Source: Iphione sp. A-MEVVRFRX5 (lineage: Eukaryota). Taken from it: 64,000 nucleotides of DNA. The translations under genes and the position numbers were made by a program. The stretch lies in the NCBI GenBank assembly GCA_976226885.1, contig OZ320322.1, positions 34,224,001 through 34,288,000 on the forward strand. The letters are read 5' to 3'. Numbering within the stretch: position 1 is the first letter of the stretch; every line of letters begins with the position of its first letter. The notes under the pieces are model-generated. The model worked only from the letters and a program-made list of their open reading frames with translations, searched no databases and was not told the origin of the DNA. This document shows positions 1 to 14,000 of the stretch, in pieces.

Positions 1-2206
1 ACAAATTCTGCGTCTGCTTGATAGTTTAATTTGATGTGTCCTTTTTGCACGCTATGAAGTTGGGTACATGTGCATACGTGAGCTTATACCAAGTGAATGG
101 AATGTTGAAGTAACGGGTACCGCGAACGTCATTTCTATAATTGTGACATGGTATTGAGAATGGACCAATCAGAGGGCTCAAAATTGCGACATTTTCGTGA
201 CAAGTAAAAATGACGTCCACAGTACCAGTTACTTCAACCGCTGGCGATCGGTCCATTGGCTACGAAGCATATCGTCATCGCGTGAGTCATCCAAGATCCA
301 ATATTACTTTATAGTTTTTTTTTTTTCGACAAAACAGAAGGTTCCTCTTTCTTTTGCCAAATAAGGGAGCCATTTCGGATGTGTACCCGATTAGTTTTAG
401 TGGGAAATCCCGAGTCCCAAAGTATTGAGAGCGACCTCTAAGTGCTCTCTGGATTTTAACACTTCCCCGCCAGGGGGCCGCCTTCCGCCAAGTGCGAGGT
501 GCCAGGTGGAAACAAAATGGAGGCGGTACCAGTCAATCACCGTTCCCTGGACGTCTTCACATTGCTGACTCCTGTCCTGGTGCTAGTGGGTATAGGTGAA
601 GTGACAGAGGGAGGAGAGGGCGGATAAGGTGGAGGGCTACAGTCCCAGGGGCGGACCGAGATCTGCCATGGTAATGAGGTAGGAGGCGCCACCTACTTAC
701 GGACGGCGGAACTAGTAGCGGAAGGGTTGAGAAGCCAGACGACAGAGATCTGGGTGGACGGTGAGGGAATTGGATGAAGACAATGATATGAGGGAGCCGT
801 AGAAAAAGGATAGTGGAGAGAACAAAAAGGGAGGAGGAAAGTACAAGGGAGCAGGACAAGGGGGTGGGGAATGTGGTTCGAGACACTGATAAGGAGAGGT
901 AGTGGACCAGAGAAGCAGAGGGCGTGAAGGAAGAGGGACGCAAGGAAGCATGAGGGGTATAATGCGACTATGGTATAGGGTGAGCTAAGGGCAGCAGTAC
1001 GTGGAGAGTTTATCAATGAGGAAAGAGTACCACATAACGAGAAAGGAAAGTAGAGAAGCAGATGAGCCCATGGTAGTATTAGAGGGCGCGCTAGTAGGCG
1101 AAGAGGAGGGTTTATGGGAGGAGGGTATTGTGGACGGAAGACAATAAAGCCAGACAATACAACAGCAAGGTGGCAATAGAAGAAAACATTCGGGGCTAGC
1201 AAAAGAAATAAAGTATACAGAGTGAAAAAATACTTAGGGAATGACACAGAGCAGGTAAAGAGAGGCACATCATGATGAGTATTGGTTTAAGCAGAGTGGC
1301 GGGCGAGAAAGAGTAAGGCTCAGGAAGGAAAGGTTTGATTATGCACGGGGCAGACAGGAAGCGATAGTGGGAAGAAAAGGGAGAATGAAGTGGGGAGGGG
1401 AGGTAATGAAAAATAACAACGCGTAAAAAAGAGAAATATGACATGAAGGAAAGGTAACATGGAGGGAATGGGTACGTTAGGATAGGACAGAGGATACGTC
1501 ACGGTAAAAATTGGAGGCAAATGACATTAAAAACGGGACATAGGAGATAGACGAAGGCGGGAGTAAGGTATTAGGGGATGGCAACGTAATAGAAAGGAAT
1601 GGAAGATTGACAAGAACGGCAAGAAGGACATGGGACAGAAGAAAGGCCCAGAGAAGGAGTTCAAGTGAAGGACGGGGCGGAGAGGCTGAAGTGAAAGAGG
1701 GAAAAGCGGGCGGTAAGATATTATAATGTGGGGCATGGCTTATATGGACGACGGGACCCATTCGTACTCGCTCATATTCCCACCTGCGCAGCCCCCTCGC
1801 GGGACGCCCCGTAATGATCTGCCTAAACAACAAATCGAGCGACTGGTTTGGTTACTTCCTCCGACGTTCGCGATCTCCCGATTACCCGTGTTACCCATGT
1901 GACAGGAGACTAATGATATCATCGATGAGACACAGGTAGCATTGTTTGTAATTATACATAACTGAAAGTGTGTGCGCGCGTTCGCCCGTCTGTGTGTGTA
2001 TGTGTACAAATTATAATACTGTTTCTCAATATTTTATTAGACACATACTGTGGTTTCAAACCATATGTGCCTACTTCAGATATCTCTTCCGGGCCTTTTA
2101 TAGTCTGATACTATAAATATTCGTCATTGTCAATAGCCCCCAACCACTCAGGGGCTTCACTTTAGTCTGCATATATGACTATTCTACTATATTTCCTCTT
2201 TGTATT

Positions 2207-2214
<8 letters not shown>

Positions 2215-2254
<40 letters not shown>
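2215..2254. repeat. (CT)n microsatellite
   Basis: Uninterrupted ctctct run preceded by a short poly-C. Confidence 0.95.
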
Positions 2255-2258
<4 letters not shown>

Positions 2259-5200
2259 GAGTATGAAGCAACCTGAAATTGTTACTTGACTTTAAAGGTG
2301 ACTGTCGCAATCAGAGGGCATGAAACAAGCCGAAATCTCTACCTGACCAAGTGACTCCACCAGTCAGAGGGTGTAAACAGAATATTCTATGATGGAGTTC
2401 CCCTCATTCGTAGCAGCCTGTTGGCGAGCAAAATGTGAATAATTGAGCATCTTTCTGATTCGGTCCCGCTTTGGTGAGCAGTATTTTGGTCGACAAAATT
2501 ATTTGGAATAGAAGGGTCAAACCAGGGCAGGAGCAGGTTAAGCAAGGGCACAGAATATGTCACTCAGCTGCAAAAGTTGAAGGAAAGCAGTTTTGAGAAT
2601 ACATGTTTATCAGTAGAGAAGGTAAAGATAGGATGAGGTGGAGGAGCAGGAGGAGCAGGAGCAGGAGCAATCTTCGGTTGATAGACTGTTATTAGATGGA
2701 AGGTCCTGTACAAATGAGTAGATATTACCATATACAATGTATAGAAAAGCCTGAAATACATCTGTAAAAGAGGGGAATTTGTGAGCAGAAGGAGAAGAAT
2801 ATAGGAGTAAACGTTAGGCGAAAGGCAGGGAGGAGTGTTGTAGGTTGGCGAATGGTAGAGAAAGGCTCAGGAGTGTTTTATTGAGAATGGGTTAAAAGGT
2901 GACGTTTAGATGGATAATATGAGCAGATGGTTCAGGGAGAGTAGAGCACGTAAATGAGAATAGATCGTGCAAGAGGATAGCAAGATAGAGGTTGATGTGG
3001 ACCTGTTCGACCTGCTCAGGGAGAGCAGCTCTGTGCGAGCTGCTCGGGGGAGGAAGCCCACCAATTGGCACTCACAGCTAATTTGTGGTTGGAATTTGGT
3101 GATGACAGCCTCCACTGGAGGAAGCAACTCTCCACTGAGTGGGCACCAGTGTGCCCGGGCACCAGTCAATCTGGCAGCAGGCCCTTAGCGTTTATCAACC
3201 AGTTGTTATTATTTGTCGTACTACTACCTTCCTGGTCCCCCGACTGCCGCGTCCCACAGTCACAGCCAATATGGTCCGGTGCTACCGGAGGATGGGTGGG
3301 TAGGTGTATTGATGGGGCTTGACGGAGGTATGGTGGTGATGCATGGTAGGGGGTTGTTGCCAGGGAAACAACTAATATGGAATGGCTTTCCTCTATCAGT
3401 GCAGAATATCCCTGGATTATATATAAAGTGTCATGAATTTGTAAAAAAAAAAAAAAATGTTATGCTTCTGTCCTTTTGTTCACAAGTGAGGAAGTATAGA
3501 TACTAATGAAAGACCCGGAGTAGAAAAACTGTAAGAAGATGTTAGAATTAATGACAAATGAATACAAAAAAAAGTAACAGGGAAGAGTGACAAAGAGAGA
3601 AAATAAAGATACAAATATATATACAAGGAAAGATTGATGTACAGAACGGAAAGTGAACGGTGTGTGAATTGAAAGAATAAGACTGAAATGAAGATAATAG
3701 GGGATGGCGGAGTTATGAAAAGACATGAAATAAACGACAGGAACTAGGTGATAAAATGGAAAAGGATGGCATTCAAAACATACACTAAGACTAAGGAACA
3801 CGTAAAACAGAATGGATTTTAAAAAGGCTCAGTTAGGGAGAAGGTGGACGAGTAATAGATGAAGGTACAACTACAGACAGACACGTATAAGAGGATATAC
3901 TGAATTAGGGAAACTGTGAAGAAAAAAATGTAAAAGTATAGTGCGACGGAGAAGCAAATGGGGGCAAGAGAGGAGTATATTTAGGGAACGAAAAATCTAA
4001 GATTATAGCATTAAGTACAACTCGCCGCCACCTCCCATCACCTACTTCGCCTTACTAACCTCCCCTCCTGTGCATATTCGAAATCTCCAGGAATAAGAGA
4101 GCGGGATGTAAGGGGTAGGTTTACCTGTAGGTCGTAGTAATACATTTACCTTCTTCCTTCTGCCACTGCCGCCGGTCTTATGCGCAGAGGGAAGGGGCGA
4201 GTAAAATGCGGGACGGGCAGTAACAGGTGTCATTGTGTTTGGGGACGGGAAAAAGCGGCGTCTGTCTGTAACCAAATGACATGGCTCCTCACCACGTGAC
4301 CTAATGTCCTTTTTATGACGGTCTGACCCGAGCCATTTCGCCGAATTCGTGAAATGCCAGCCTCCGTCCATGGACTTCGCCATCATCAATTTACCTATCA
4401 TGCCTCTCCCTCCCTCTACCTCCAACCATCGCCCACCCTCTTACAGTCCCCCACCCCCACCCCTCCATCCCTCTCTCATAAGAGTGACCCTTGACCACGA
4501 CCCTGGCACCCCCTCTCGGCAGAGGTTGCTAAATAAAAGAAGAGGGAGGCGCTGCTGATAGCCTGACTTCCTCTTTTATCGCCCACCTCGTCCACGTCAA
4601 TCAAGGGCCACCCCTGCCAGCACTGCTACTCCTACTGGTACCATGGCACGCTAGATGGAAATGGGGGGGAGGGAGTGAAAGGGGCAGAAAGAGATTCACA
4701 TGGGATAAATTGGGCATAAATCATGGTTGGCAGTCTCACAGTTCCCCTGTCATCTGGGGCAGACCCCTATGGTTTGGCTTTGAGAGGGGGACAGAGTTTC
4801 CCTACATGTTAACCCCGATGCCCCCCCCCTATCTGCTTTCTCCTCTTCTCTATCTTCCTGATATGATCATAGTTCAATTTTGGGCATACCTGCATAAAGA
4901 TCAACATCCATTTTCCCTTCCATCTTACTCTTCTCCAACCCCTCGTCCCGTTTCTTGGTATTATAGTTCAGGGTGGAACGTTTCTACATGACCCCCATAT
5001 TCTACCTCCTTCCTTTCTACCTTCCTTAGAATAAAAGAGAACAAAGTGGCCAAGTATTCCCTCCATGTGCATCATGTCTCCTTTCGTCCTTCTTACTTCT
5101 CTCCTTCTAGAACATAAGGTAAGCCTCAACTTCATTACACCACCTCTATTTCCTTCCTTCTTTCTACTCTTCTATACTAGTGTCATATTATTTTAGTCTA

Positions 5201-7134
5201 TGAATTTTGAATATTCGTTTTAGTTCAAAATCCAGACCCGTCTTTCCTGCTTTCCTCGTCCCTACTCCCTCATTCTTTCTTGCTTATTCTTCCTGTACCT
5301 TTTCATTGTTTTTTCTCCCTTTGTCGTCCCGCTGTCCTTCCTTAGCTTTTGCTCTATACCTTCGTGTCCCTCCTCTCCTCTTCATTTCTCCTTCCCTCTT
5401 CCTATATCTCCTACATCTTCCTTTTCCTGTATCTCCCATGTTTCTGATATATTCCTCTTCTCCTATATCGCCAATATCGTCCTCATCCTGTGGTTTCTGT
5501 ATCTTCCTATTCGTGTATCTTATTTATCTCCCATATATTCCTCTTCCCCTATCTCCTAAATACTACATCTTCTCTTCTGTTCTCTGCACTCCTTCATTTC
5601 TTCCCATTGGTGTCCCTCTTCCTTTAATCCTCTAGAGGCATCCTTCTTGCGACTCCTGTTTATAAAAACATGGATGTTTTGTTATCTTTCACCAGTCACG
5701 CGACCAGAGTCTTAGGCTAATCTGAGGGAGGACTAGTTTTAATATTTATCACACGAGAGGAAACGGGGTTTTACAAATTGAATGCGGTGTGTTAATAGGA
5801 GAGGAATGTGTTGAGGAATCGTGCAATGGCTAAGGGATAAACTAACACCCTTCTATCTGATCTATCTTCAAGTTGGTTGACCCTTCAAGGGGATATAACT
5901 GTGAGAAAGCTGAGTTTACTTACTTTCTATTCTAGAGGTAGAGCTCTGGTAAAAGCAACACCTCAGTAGGTCTTATTCCCTCCTGCCTCCACACAGGTCC
6001 ACCTTCACATATAATTCTGTTTCGTGGTTATTCACACGCCATAATATTGAAAAACGTTTAATGTATTCCCTTGGGAAGGTATGATGCATACAGTATAAAT
6101 ATCAAAGTTAGTACATTTTGGTAGGAGCCCCCCTCTTACCCTACTCAATGCATCTTGTCAACATCTCTGATAGACATCTTCATGTAGTATCTAACCCCGC
6201 CCGCCCCCCATATACGAAGTAAACCACTACCGTATTCATTGAATTCACTTCTTGGTGTGCTCGACCTCTGAATGTGTCTCTACGTAACCTATGTTATCAT
6301 ATGTCTTGCGTGAATCGTGCCTGCCTCGGTGAAGATATCATTTACCCTGCACGATACTCTTCATAGGTCCCCCGATATGTTCATGTATGCAACCCGTGTT
6401 CCCGCCTGATTTACGTTATTCCTACTTTCCCGCAGTCCCTGAGTGGAGCATTGTTGACTTAGTCGTCCTTTCCTAACTGACACTTCTAACCACAAGGGGG
6501 CAGTGTCTGTCCAGCCGACAGTGCCACCGCCACATGGTCATGTCTGAGATGAGAACCATATTAGGTTGTGTCAACATGGATTGGCCTGACAGCCCCATCC
6601 TTACCCCACTTCCCATCCTCTACAATCATGTTCTACCTTCTCCTGTCCCTGTAGACCCCTCTCTTTTCTCGTGCCTCTCTCCCCCTACGGCTTCCTTTTC
6701 CACCCTCCTCCCTTCCTTCACCCCGACTTTCATACGGATATTTCTTTCACAAGCTAGTTTAGATTTAGTGGGTATAGACACCCTCTGTACCTCTGCTACA
6801 TCTCCTCCTTTACATACCCTCTTGACCTGGTATATTTACTTCATCCCTTCCCATACATCTTCCCTTTCTTATTTCTGTATGTCTGTATGTCTGTTTCTAT
6901 GCCTCGCACATATGTCGCACTCCATGCACCACGTCCTAATCGCCCTCACATCATGTTTTTATTCTTGCGACTTTCTCTGTCGCTTCGTCCTCTTGCTCAT
7001 CCTCCCCATTCTTCTCCTTTTCATTCTCTTCCCATTTAAAACGACCTTAGCTATACTCACTTCTCCTTTCCTTTCCGGCCCTTTTTCCTTTCTCTCATCT
7101 GTTTTCCACCTGCATGTACGTTTTGTTTCTTCTT

Positions 7135-7317
7135 GCTATACAACCTCTTTACTCGGTCCTTCTTGTTCCCTTCACCCAGATATTTTACCTGTCCCTCTTC
7201 CTTGTATCTTGATCATATCGGTCTGATTTCCTCTTCCTCACTTTCTCAATCTCTTAGGTCGAACTCGACATGTTCTGTTTCTTCTCTTCCTCACTCAACC
7301 CTTTTAAACCCCTCCCC

Positions 7318-7350
<33 letters not shown>

Positions 7351-7705
7351 CCTCCCTCTGTCACTTCCCATCCCTCATTCCTATGACAATCATCATTCCC
7401 CTCCACCGGCACTGTTTACCTCGTTAGCTGCCATCAGGCGGGGGAGCACTTGGCTCAATGGTTCAATTACAGTTGTCCTCTAAAAGAGTGTGGAAATTGT
7501 GTCTTTTTTGGAGAGGGGAGGGGCTATACAACCTCTTTACTCGGTCCTTCTTGTTCCCTTCACCCAGATATTTTACCTGTCCCTCTTCCTTGTATCTTGA
7601 TCATATCGGTCTGATTTCCTCTTCCTCACTTTCTCAATCTCTTAGGTCGAACTCGACATGTTCTGTTTCTTCTCTTCCTCACTCAACCCTTTTAAACCCC
7701 TCCCC

Positions 7706-7738
<33 letters not shown>

Positions 7739-7913
7739 CCTCCCTCTGTCACTTCCCATCCCTCATTCCTATGACAATCATCATTCCCCTCCACCGGCAC
7801 TGTTTACCTCGTTAGCTGCCATCAGGCGGGGGAGCACTTGGCTCAATGGTTCAATTACAGTTGTCCTCTAAAAGAGTGTGGAAATTGTGTCTTTTTTGGA
7901 GAGGGGAGGGGCT
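7135..7913. repeat. 388-bp tandem duplication (2 near-identical copies)
   Basis: The sequence starting gctatacaacctctttactcgg occurs at 7135 and 7523. The copies look identical by eye, including the internal (CT)n run, and a GCT microhomology marks the junction. The ORF track shows the same peptide twice (7133..7483 and 7458..7871). Confidence 0.95.
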
Positions 7914-10754
7914 GAAGGAACTGAGCCACATCTGCAGTAACTGTGGGGGTTTTTTTCGAAAGGTGTATTGAAATGAGCCATAACTGTGAAAATTGTATAT
8001 TATCATGTAAATCATATGGAAACTGAGTAGATTGTTTTACATATTTCTCTTGCCTATGCCTGGGTCTGGACCTGACCCTAAGGTTCACTTCCATCTTGTT
8101 CTAAAGCATGTGCCCACAGCATTGTGTCTGAAATGATGGACAATGCTTGTTTTTGGACATGACAAAACGCATGCACCAAAAGTGCACACATATGCCTCAC
8201 AGCTATAAAACTGTGTATATCTAGCAGTCTCATTTTTTTCACGGACAAACGTTCTATGGAATACTGCACGGGTTGTGAGGGTTTATGATCAATACCTTCC
8301 TAAGCGCCACCCCTTTACACAAACCAAATAGCCCGACTTACTGAAGATAGGGGAACAATTGACATATTTGATGTGTGATAGGATGCCAGGAGAACAGCGA
8401 GTATGATTGATACTTGTCAGGGTATCGTCCGTTTTTCTAAAGGCCATAGCTTTGTTGTGCTTGTTGTTAGGAGAACTGTCATGGGTCTGTTGTGAGTATC
8501 TTAGTGGACCGGATTTCGGTTGCCGTTGCATGAGACCATTGGTCCTTTTGGCGGGATTCAGTTGTTTTGTGTGCACAATGTGAAGAGATGTGTGGCTGGA
8601 TCACTCAGGCATCAATGTCACTAGTGTGCAGAATCTGTTTTATGTTCGGAAGTTTGGTCTCAGCGGATTTGACACTACCTATGAGAAATACGTCTGGAAG
8701 TAGATCTGGATTCCTAATTGCCCCAGCACTCTTAGATGAACTATTTTTAGTAGGACTGTTTTGAGAATGTTATGCCTTTTAGGTTTATAGAACATTCCAC
8801 ACGTTTTGTGTAACAGTGTATTGAAAAGGAGCAAATAACTTAGCTACTTTTTAATAGGTAAAGGAACATATAATATGACCTTGACCTTGAAGCCAGAACC
8901 AACATGGCACATGGAAACAAAGCAGTGTGAATGTCTTTGCGTAGAGGATAGAGGAGCAAAGTGGTCTTTTCTTTCCTCTGCTTGATGTGGTCATGTTTTT
9001 CTAGTAAGACGCGGACTTTTCAGGCGCGTGTTAGCTGTCGTAAGCGACACCGTTGTTGTCGGGCCCGTCTTTCGGAAGGTGCCAGACACATCGTCACATG
9101 TCAAACAGTTACGTCCTGTCTTGTTCTGTGTAGACAATGGACGTAAGAGAGCGCCACTAATTAGCCACCATAGTTTACTACTCCCTTGGGACTCGTTACC
9201 AGCTTCCACCTGGGGCAACCATCATGTACACCACGTACCAGCAGTTTACCCCAGCGCCCTAAGGCGGAGACTTTGTCAGAGACGCAGCTGGACCACACAG
9301 GACATGCCGGGAATGCATTCACATCTTCCCCATTGGAACAGACCAACACCTGTTAGTAGAACGAGGGTGGGGCAGGCGTTGGGCATGGGACTATAGGGCT
9401 AACGGGACACGCCAATGCCCGTACACAAATAGCTGCAAGTAAAAAGGTGGAAGGAGTGATAGGTATACCTGAGTACTACTCAGAACATACTACAACATCA
9501 TCTAGAACTAAATATAATATAGGTGAGCGTTATGATGGATTGCAGGACAGAAACACGTAGAAGATATGAATTTGTCACTACCATTACCACACTTAGTACC
9601 AGACCGTCACTTCCACAAGTTCGTCAGTGTGGGGGCAATCATGAAAGTCACGGTCTGTTCCACGTATTTCTGTTATAATGTCATTCACCCCGCGCTGATA
9701 TACAAGTAAATATTTTTTGCTGTAGATGATGAAAGGAATGAGAGTTGATGGTGGTATGCACCATAAGGAGCACGGAAATGGAGAACAACAAGTCTCACGT
9801 CTACACCACTACATTATGTGAATGTGGGTGTAGAAGGATAAAACAGGGGTACAAGGAGAAATCAGGCTACCACCACGCTAGCCAACCACTACACCATCGC
9901 CTTCACTCTCAACCAATGTGAGGGTGCAAAGGAGGAATGTTGGCACAGGAACCGCGGGGGAATATGGCTATCATCACTCATTACACCAGCCATCACCTAC
10001 CCCTACACACCTATGAGTTTAAGGTCGAAGGATGAAAGGGTAAAGAGGAGACGAGGGATGTTACCGTCACCAAACTGACTACAACACTATCAATTACACC
10101 CACACACCTGTGAATATGAGGATGGAGGCGGTCGTGAGAGCGAAGGAGTACGACTACAGCCACACTAACTACGACGTCAGCACCTATACTCCCACGCATG
10201 AGAGGCGATGGAGGACGGTAATGGTAGGGAGGTTAACAAGTTGAGATCCTTCACACCAACACTTCTTGCTCCGGGGTCCAAGAGTCATGCAAGTTTAAAC
10301 ACTTGGAGGGGCATGTTTACACAGCCTCCCTAGACAAATTAGACATAGGTTAATTAGGAATGTGGTCAATACCCGTATGGTTAAGTAAAGGCAAGGCAAT
10401 GAGAGGAAGGAGGAAGGGTCGGGTGGCAGGAAGAGAGTAATGAAGAGAAGAGGGGAAGATGGAGAGGACCGTGTCACTACTGAATATGTAAACGAATATG
10501 TATCATCAAACAAACTACATTGATTTAAACGATATGAATCATTGGTTGTCCTTTAGTCCCGTGTCATTCGGGAACAAATTCCTTCCACAGCTGTTTGAAG
10601 GGTTTTTCACCCTTGACATAAAATAGGTAATTCTTAACTTAGTGGGGATGTACCTTTTCTTCATAATTTTGGTCATACTACGTTTTCAGTATGTTAATTT
10701 TGCAAGGGCTCTGTAGCCTTGAATTACAAGTTACATTCTCTAAAGAGGATGGGT

Positions 10755-11095
10755 GGGGAGTTGGCTAAGTGGTAGAGCACTGGTCCACTGATTGAGAGGT
10801 CACAGGTTCAGTCCCAGGCTTGGGACCCTTGATCACGACCAGACAGATTTACCCAGAGTGGTCCACAACTTGTAAAAAGGCCATGGGTGTATAGGATACT
10901 ATCCCCTATGCAGAAAAAGACCTCAGAAACCTATTCAAAACAAGAGTAGGAGGCAACTCCAGGTATTCTGGTCTCTTAATTCTCAATAATAGATGGTAGT
11001 ATGCTACCCAAGGAGGATATGGAAGAGCCCTGTCCTGATGATAGATGAATATATTCCTGGTTAAAGATACAATGAAATGAAAATGAAAAATAATG
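10755..11095 (+). mobile_element. tRNA-derived SINE, probably with a Nin/Deu-type central domain
   Basis: tRNA-like head GGGGAGTTGGCTAAGTGGTAGAGCAC with an A box (TGGCTAAGTGG) and a degenerate B box (GGTTCAGTCCC, ~10805). The body AAAGGCCATGG...ATGCAGAAAAAGACC...AAGAGTAG resembles, from memory, the conserved Nin/Deu SINE domain. It ends in an (AATGA)-like tail. There is no complete tRNA acceptor stem. Confidence 0.75.
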
Positions 11096-14000
11096 CCTGC
11101 CCTCTACCCATAATAGAAATATAAAGTACTGAGTAGCCCTTCAAGCTATGCCCTTGTAAACAGTTTGTAATATTGTGTCAACTCGGTACCCTTGCTTACC
11201 CAGCCCCTTACTCAATGTAAATTTTACCTTGTATGAACATGCATATAAATGAGTATCCTCTGTTTGTAACATTGTAAGCCGCTGGCAAACATAATCTATA
11301 CAGTAATATACACTTTCTAATTATATGTAAAGTCTGTACGGAGTTTGAATATTGGGATAGCAACGAAACAATGTTTGTTCTCTCTTCCTGTCCATGATGA
11401 CGCAGATGACTTAGCATGGTAACACTGAGTGTAATTTCAGAATGAAAGGGTGACAACCGTCATTCAGATAGAAATTTGGATATGCATTATATATAAATAG
11501 GTGCACTACTATAAATTCTATTGATACTCATTTAGTAAAAGTGTCCTTTCATGTGAATCATGTCCCCCGTATGAATTGCGACATTTTGTCGCTGCGATTA
11601 CACACGCCATGATTGTTGGCCCTATGAATCCTTCTTTTTCGCTGGACAGAGAAGAATTCTAATGACAAGGTACATTTTCCCCACCAATACGCGTCCATCT
11701 TCCTCGTCTTTTTTCTTTCAACATTCGAGTGGCGGCCTTCTTCCCCAGGAAACGCAACGCGCTCACACGGTTACACCCAGATGCCTTCATTTCTCAATAC
11801 TTTCCGACTGCCATTGTAGATTTCCGGCACGGCTGTTGCCCCCCTAGGGGCGCCCCGTCCCGTTAGTGGTAAGAGGCTCCTACTAAAGATGTAGATGCTG
11901 ACAGTAGTCTCTGGACTGCAGGATTAGCGTCTGAGAGACCCGAAACTTGCCTTTAATGCCAGACCTGACCTCTTCGCTACACCCCTCGCCATCGCAGCCC
12001 TCTCCACCTCATATTTCCCATATTCATTATCTAACATATTCTTCCTTATTACGTACTTCTCTATGACGTACTTCCGTGCTACCTCCTTCCGTAGTAAACC
12101 TGCCTAAGTTTAGAGTGTTTTGGTCCTTTAGAACAGCGTTTTTAGTTTGTGATTCAGATGTACATGAATAATATTGAAACTGAAAGTTCCTTGTATCCTT
12201 GAAAGTATCTCCTTGTCTCTACCTCTTTCTTGGTCTCTGTCTCTTTCTGGAGTCTCTGGACTACATGTACATGGATTGGAGTAGCTGGTTGCAAAGCTAT
12301 TTGTATAAGCCAATTCCCTTCTCCTACTAGCTGCTTCATTCACGTCTCCCTCACATGTATATGGTATTCTATGACGGACTACATGCACTTTCGCATGCCA
12401 TACTGATGACGATAGAATAATGGATTTCACACGCATGTCCTCCCTGCCCTTTCCTTCACTGTTCCATACCTTGTCATAACCTTCACTTTTGTAATCTTTC
12501 TTGTCATCTATTCCTATCACACATCTGACTGTTACAATCGCACTTTATCATAACATTGATACTCCGCAACATCACACCCTCTCTGTCACATTCCATCTTC
12601 TCCTTGTTGCATGCCAGAGTTCCCTTCCTCTTCCCTTGGCTACTACACTAATTCATTTTCATTCACCTGACTCTCAGACCCCATCCATACCACACCTCAT
12701 TGCTACGCGCTAGCTATTACATCTACCCTTACCACACTCCCTTCCTTTTCCGTGTCTTTTCTTCTACACCTCTACATATGATACGGAAATTGCTTGCATG
12801 CCCTCTAACTCACCTAATTTTCCTCTCATACAAATACATGTACTTCCTAACGCCCTTTGGTCCGGCATATTGTTTCAGTTGCGTCCCTTTCCTTATCAAC
12901 TCTCCTAGAAACACAGCTAAGCTAAGGTGGTAAATCACAATTCTTACGGCCAGCCACTGGAATGCATGCCGTTTTGTATAGCAAGTAGTTCGTACAAAAA
13001 GAGGAGAAAGTAGCAGCGAAATGAGCGGAGCTAACGAAATGTCAACTGGAGATAGGGGCTAAGAAGGGCAAAGGGAAGCAGAAAAACTTAATCAGTAAAA
13101 ACTTGCCTATACTAATACACGGTTTTCAAATCATTCTGGCACCCCTAAATCGTACGGAGTGATATGAGGATACAATGCAGACATGCCCTGTCTACTCTTC
13201 CGTTTTTCACTTGTCGCAAAATGAAGGAGAGTCGAAAGCTTTTCTTAAATCCCATTCCCTCTTCTTTGCCATCTTACCATTTCAAAAGTAGGGTCTATCG
13301 ATCTTTGTCTGGCGTTTCTCACGATAACAGCAGGAAGAGATGGCATTTATTCTTACATTTTGTGTTTTTGTGTATTTACATTTCTCTGTGTCCGAACCCC
13401 CATATTGGTCACGTGAGCGATTGTCGGCGCTTGATTTCCGCTGTGAAAATGGCGCAAGTGGCGGGCCCGCACCAGCGCCAGGACCTGTTACCTCTTGGTT
13501 GGTGAATTCACTTCCAGGTGCTGCCTACGGGCTCGGATCACGTGACAAGTCAGCGGGAGCCACTTACCCTCGGTGTTCCTGATAGGCTGGGGAGAGTCGA
13601 AGGGAGAGTGTGAGATAACAAAGTGCCGAGAAAGAGGAAGAAGGAGGAAGAGAAAGAGACAGAAAGGATTTGAAATGAAAGACAACAGAGAACGAGGGAG
13701 ACAGGCAAGAAAAATTATTAAAAGGGAGACAGACATGCAAAAAGTGGCAAATGCCAAGGCGGAAACAAAGTCATGGGCTTCGGAGGAATGAGAACAGAAG
13801 CTGGGAAAAGGTGGGAAGGAGAAACAGAAAATTTGGCAGACCCTGGGGACGGAGCACAGAACGAGGGAGAGAACGATAAAAAAAGGAGGGGGAAGGGAAG
13901 ACAAGAGGGTCCTTAGAAAGTGGGGAGGGAAGCGGGGGAAAGGAGCCATTGCAAATAGCGGATACAAATACGCTTGGACAATGGAACTAAAGGACGTCGG

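Noticed and set aside
10755-10830. tRNA gene
   Set aside because: There is no closing acceptor stem, the B box is degenerate and the sequence continues into a SINE body, so it is called a SINE head.
11030-11075. CTGATGA as a hammerhead core (also ~12403, 15546, 21386, 27582)
   Set aside because: None is followed by a stem II and GAAA.
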